The notes under the pieces: generated by a model
Told to the model about the DNA's origin: nothing
The model's input: the letters and a program-made list of their open reading frames with translations, nothing else
Database searches by the model: none
Translations under genes and position numbers: made by a program
Assembly: GCA_965242525.1 (NCBI GenBank)
Contig: OZ251459.1
Coordinates: 3,904,001 to 3,968,000, forward strand
Length of the DNA: 64,000 nt
Source: an uncultured Candidatus Binatia bacterium
GTDB taxonomy: Bacteria > Desulfobacterota > Binatia > UBA9968 > JAJDTQ01
Direction of reading: 5' to 3'
In this document: one piece after another, positions 61,008 through 64,000 of the stretch
Position numbering within the stretch: the stretch's first letter is position 1
How the letters are laid out: each line of letters starts with the position of its first letter

Positions 61008-62054
61008 ATGCCACGACTCGGAATGGTCCTCTACCACGGCATCGAGAGCGGCGACGCGCTGCGGAACTACGCCCGCACCGCGGAAGAGGCCGGCTTCGAC
61101 TCCCTGTGGGTGACCGAGCGCTACTTCCACGAAGAGACCTTCTCCCTGCTGGGGTTCCTGGCCGCGGCCACCCGAAGGATGCGGCTGGGGCTGGGCGTGG
61201 CCAACCCCTACACGCGCAACCCGGCGCTCCTGGGCATGTGCGCGGCGACCTTGGACCGCGTCTCCGGGGGCCGGTTCCTGCTGGGGCTGGGCCGGAGCGA
61301 CAAGTCGGTGATCGAAGGGCGCATGGGCATGCCCTACGAGCGGCCCCTGCGCACCCTGGAGGAAACCGTGGCCCGGCTCAGGCGGCTCCTGGCCGGCGAG
61401 CGCGTCACCGGCAGCGGCCTTGAGGGCGTCCGCCTCGCGGTGGAGCCGGCGCAGCCGCGCCTGCCCATCTACCTCGCCGCCATCGGCCCCAGGGCCCTGC
61501 GGCTGGCGGGGGCGGTGGCGGACGGCGTCCTGCTCAACGCCTACGTCCCCGTGGACTACGTCCGCTACGCGGTCCGGGAGGTCGCCGCCGCGGCCCGGGA
61601 GGCGGGCCGGGACCCCGGGGCCATCGACATGGCCTGCATGCTCGTGGTGCGCCTGACCGACGACCCGTCGCGGATGATGCCGGCCCTCAAGGAGAGGATG
61701 GCGCGGCTGCTGGCCGAGCCCTTCGTGGGGGAGGTCCTGCTGGAGCGGGGCGGCTTCGACCCCGGCATCCTGCCGCCGCTCCGGGCGGCCGCGGAAGGCG
61801 GAGACGAAAAGGCCGCGGCCCACTTGGTCACCGACGCCATGGTGGAGGCGTTCTACCTGCTCGGAGACGCCGCCGCGTGCCGCGGACGCCTGGCCGAATA
61901 CCGCGAGGCGGGGGTGGACCACCCGTTGCTGCTGCCGCGGCTCGAAGACTACGAGGTCGCCGCGGACGCCCTGGGGCCCGGCTCCCGGGACCAGCGGACG
62001 TCCGGCCCCTCCGCCGGGGCTTCGCCGGAAGGCATCCATGGACGCAAAACCTGA
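61008..62054 (+). CDS. LLM-class (luciferase-like) flavin/F420-dependent oxidoreductase
   Basis: AEEAGFDSLWVTE, LDRVSGGRFLLGLG, PIYLAAIGP..AGAVADG. Confidence 0.9.
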   Translation: MPRLGMVLYHGIESGDALRNYARTAEEAGFDSLWVTERYFHEETFSLLGFLAAATRRMRLGLGVANPYTRNPALLGMCAATLDRVSGGRFLLGLGRSDKSVIEGRMGMPYERPLRTLEETVARLRRLLAGERVTGSGLEGVRLAVEPAQPRLPIYLAAIGPRALRLAGAVADGVLLNAYVPVDYVRYAVREVAAAAREAGRDPGAIDMACMLVVRLTDDPSRMMPALKERMARLLAEPFVGEVLLERGGFDPGILPPLRAAAEGGDEKAAAHLVTDAMVEAFYLLGDAAACRGRLAEYREAGVDHPLLLPRLEDYEVAADALGPGSRDQRTSGPSAGASPEGIHGRKT

Positions 62055-63357
62055 CAACCTCGACCCCACGCCCCGGAACCCGCTGAACGTGCGCTTCTTC
62101 TACGGCTGGGTGGTGGCGGCCCTGACCTTCGTGGCCACGCTCATGGCCGCGGGCATCCGGGCCGCGCCGCAGACCTTCGTCCGGCCGCTGGAGGCGGAGT
62201 TCGGCTGGAGCCGCGCGTCGATCATGTCCGCGGTGTCCATCAACCTGGTGCTGTACGGGGCCATCGGCCCGGTGGGCGGCCGCATCCAGGACCGCCGCGG
62301 GGTGCGGGTGGTGATGCTCGCCGCCCTGGCGCTGTTGTGCGTGGGGGTGGGCCTCACCGCCTACATCGACGGGCTGTGGGAGTTCGTCCTGGTCTGGGGC
62401 TTCATCGTCGGCACGGGCGCCGGCGGCCTGTCGTCAGTGCTGGCGGCCAGCGTGGCCCACCGCTGGTTCGTGCGCCACCGGGGCGTGATGCTGGGCCTGC
62501 TGAACAGCGCGGGGTCCACCGGGCAACTCATCTTCATCCCCCTGGTCATGGGCATCATCGTGGCCTGGGGCTGGCGCGCCGCGGCCACGTTCCTGGCCTG
62601 TGCGGCCGCGGTCATCTTCGTCCTGGTCTGGTGGCTCATGCGCAACGACCCGGCCGACGTGGGCGACGAGGCCCTGGGCGAGTCCGAAGCCGCCTCGTCG
62701 AAGGCTTTCGCGGGCGGGGGGGCGCGTCCGGTCACGAGCACCACGGTGCGGGACGCCCTGCGGCACCGCACCTTCTGGCTCCTGTGCGGCGCCTACGCCA
62801 TTTGCGGCGGCACGTCCAACGGGCTCATCGGCAGCCACATGATCCCCCACGCCCTGGACATCGGCATCAGCACCGGCGCCGCCTCCTGGACCGTGGCGAT
62901 CATGGGGGGCATGAACTTCGTCGGCACCATGATGGCGGGTTGGCTGAGCGACCGCATGGACCCCCGCAAGGTCCTGGCCTGGGTCTATGGGCTGCGGGCG
63001 GTGTCGTTGTTCATCCTGCCGGCGGTCACCGGCCCCGCCGGCCTGTTCGTGTTCGGGGTGATCTACGGCCTGGACTGGTTCGCCACCGTGCCGCCGGTGG
63101 TGGCCCTCGCCGGCTCCACGTTCGGCAAGAACTCCGTGGGCAGCATCTACGGCCTGATCTTCATGTCGCACCAGTTGGGCGGGGCCGCCATGGCCCAGGG
63201 CGGCGGCGTCATCTTCGACTACTTCGGCGACTACGTCCCCGCGTTCCTCATCGGCGCGGTGCTGGCGGTCATGGCCGCGGCCATGTCCCTGGCCATCGCC
63301 AGGGAGGCGCCGCGGGCCCCGTTGCCCACGCCGCAGCCCGGGCTGGCCGCCACGTGA
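62038..63357 (+). CDS. MFS transporter
   Basis: FFYGW, GRIQDRRG, GWLSDR, HQLGG; 12 TM segments. Confidence 0.92.
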   Translation: MDAKPDNLDPTPRNPLNVRFFYGWVVAALTFVATLMAAGIRAAPQTFVRPLEAEFGWSRASIMSAVSINLVLYGAIGPVGGRIQDRRGVRVVMLAALALLCVGVGLTAYIDGLWEFVLVWGFIVGTGAGGLSSVLAASVAHRWFVRHRGVMLGLLNSAGSTGQLIFIPLVMGIIVAWGWRAAATFLACAAAVIFVLVWWLMRNDPADVGDEALGESEAASSKAFAGGGARPVTSTTVRDALRHRTFWLLCGAYAICGGTSNGLIGSHMIPHALDIGISTGAASWTVAIMGGMNFVGTMMAGWLSDRMDPRKVLAWVYGLRAVSLFILPAVTGPAGLFVFGVIYGLDWFATVPPVVALAGSTFGKNSVGSIYGLIFMSHQLGGAAMAQGGGVIFDYFGDYVPAFLIGAVLAVMAAAMSLAIAREAPRAPLPTPQPGLAAT

Positions 63358-63366
63358 GCGGAGCGG

Positions 63367-63607
63367 GGAACCTCCGGACGATCGGGACAGGGGGCATGAG
63401 CGCGTCCTTCGACTTCGCTTCGCTACGCTCAGGACGAACGGAGGGACTCTGCTACGCTACGCTCAGGATGAATGGGGGACTTCGCTACGCTACGCTCAGG
63501 TGAATGGGGGGACTTCGCAACGCTATGCTCAGGATGAACGGGGACAGGGGTGTCAGGGTGAAGGAATCGGGAATCCATCCCGGATGTCTCGATCGTTCGG
63601 AGGTTCC
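63367..63607. mobile_element. MITE-like element with an internal 4x tandem expansion of the core
   Basis: Same ends and flanks as 13382-13515, with CGCTAyGCTCAGG(A)YGAAYGG repeated four times. Confidence 0.8.
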
Positions 63608-63640
63608 CTGATGCGGTTCCCCGGAAAGGAACGAAGAAGC

Positions 63641-64000
63641 ATGGCTTGCGACCCCGCCTACCTGTCGTTTTCCGAGGCCGAGTACGAGCGCCGCGAGCGG
63701 GCGGTGCGGCAGCGCATGGACCGTCTCGGCCTGGAGACCGTGGTGTTCCACGGCAAGGGGGCCACGCCCGAGATCCACTACCTGTGCAACTGGCTGACGA
63801 CCACCGAGTCGTACTTCATCTACCCGCGCCGGGGGGAGCCCACGCTTTTCGTGCAGTTGTCCAACCACCTGCCCAACGCCCGGCGGATGGCGGTCATCGA
63901 CGACGTCCGCTTCGGCGGCTCCAGCGCCGCGGGCGCGGTGGACTCGATACCGCGGGTGCTGGAGAACCTGAGGGAACGGGGCGTGGAGAAGGGCCGGGCG
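63641..64000 (+). CDS. M24 peptidase/creatinase-family protein (N-terminal part; runs off the window)
   Basis: ATG after AAAGGA; MACDPAYLSFSEAEYERR..VRQRM..IHYLCNW resembles Creatinase_N. Confidence 0.7.
   Translation, partial: MACDPAYLSFSEAEYERRERAVRQRMDRLGLETVVFHGKGATPEIHYLCNWLTTTESYFIYPRRGEPTLFVQLSNHLPNARRMAVIDDVRFGGSSAAGAVDSIPRVLENLRERGVEKGRA

Overview
High-GC bacterial chromosome segment. The gene order and catabolic gene content suggest a deltaproteobacterial (sensu lato) or Binatota-like organism; this is inference only. (1) 1-11.7 kb: minus-strand housekeeping block: tRNA-Val, thrS, infC (ATA start), rpmI, rplT, pheS, pheT, ihfA, merR, tRNA-Pro, pcm, nlpD, apt, thiC. (2) 11.8-38.3 kb: metabolic and transport genes: sthA, a GT4 enzyme, a GT-C-like membrane protein, tandem Rieske oxygenase alpha-beta-alpha, a xanthine-dehydrogenase-family Mo enzyme, an acyl-CoA ligase, an enolase-superfamily enzyme, a hydrolase, a DMT transporter and a BMP-type ABC transporter. 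(3) 38.4-54.2 kb: defence island with an orphan methyltransferase, two toxin-antitoxin pairs whose PIN toxins are broken, a ~1470-codon NACHT/STAND NTPase with a C-terminal PD-(D/E)xK-like domain split by a single TAG, and a type III-like Mod/Res pair interleaved with two ABC-ATPase-TOPRIM (OLD/PARIS-like) genes. (4) 54.2-64 kb: tctABC, ubiD, dppBC, an LLM oxidoreductase, an MFS transporter and an M24 peptidase. Many intergenic regions outside the island carry nested repeats: a ~40-bp core at about 14 loci, often enclosed by IS5-like terminal inverted repeats (MITEs), plus CGTC-type REP palindromes next to decayed GIY-YIG nuclease gene fragments. All calls come from motif reading by eye; no searches were run.
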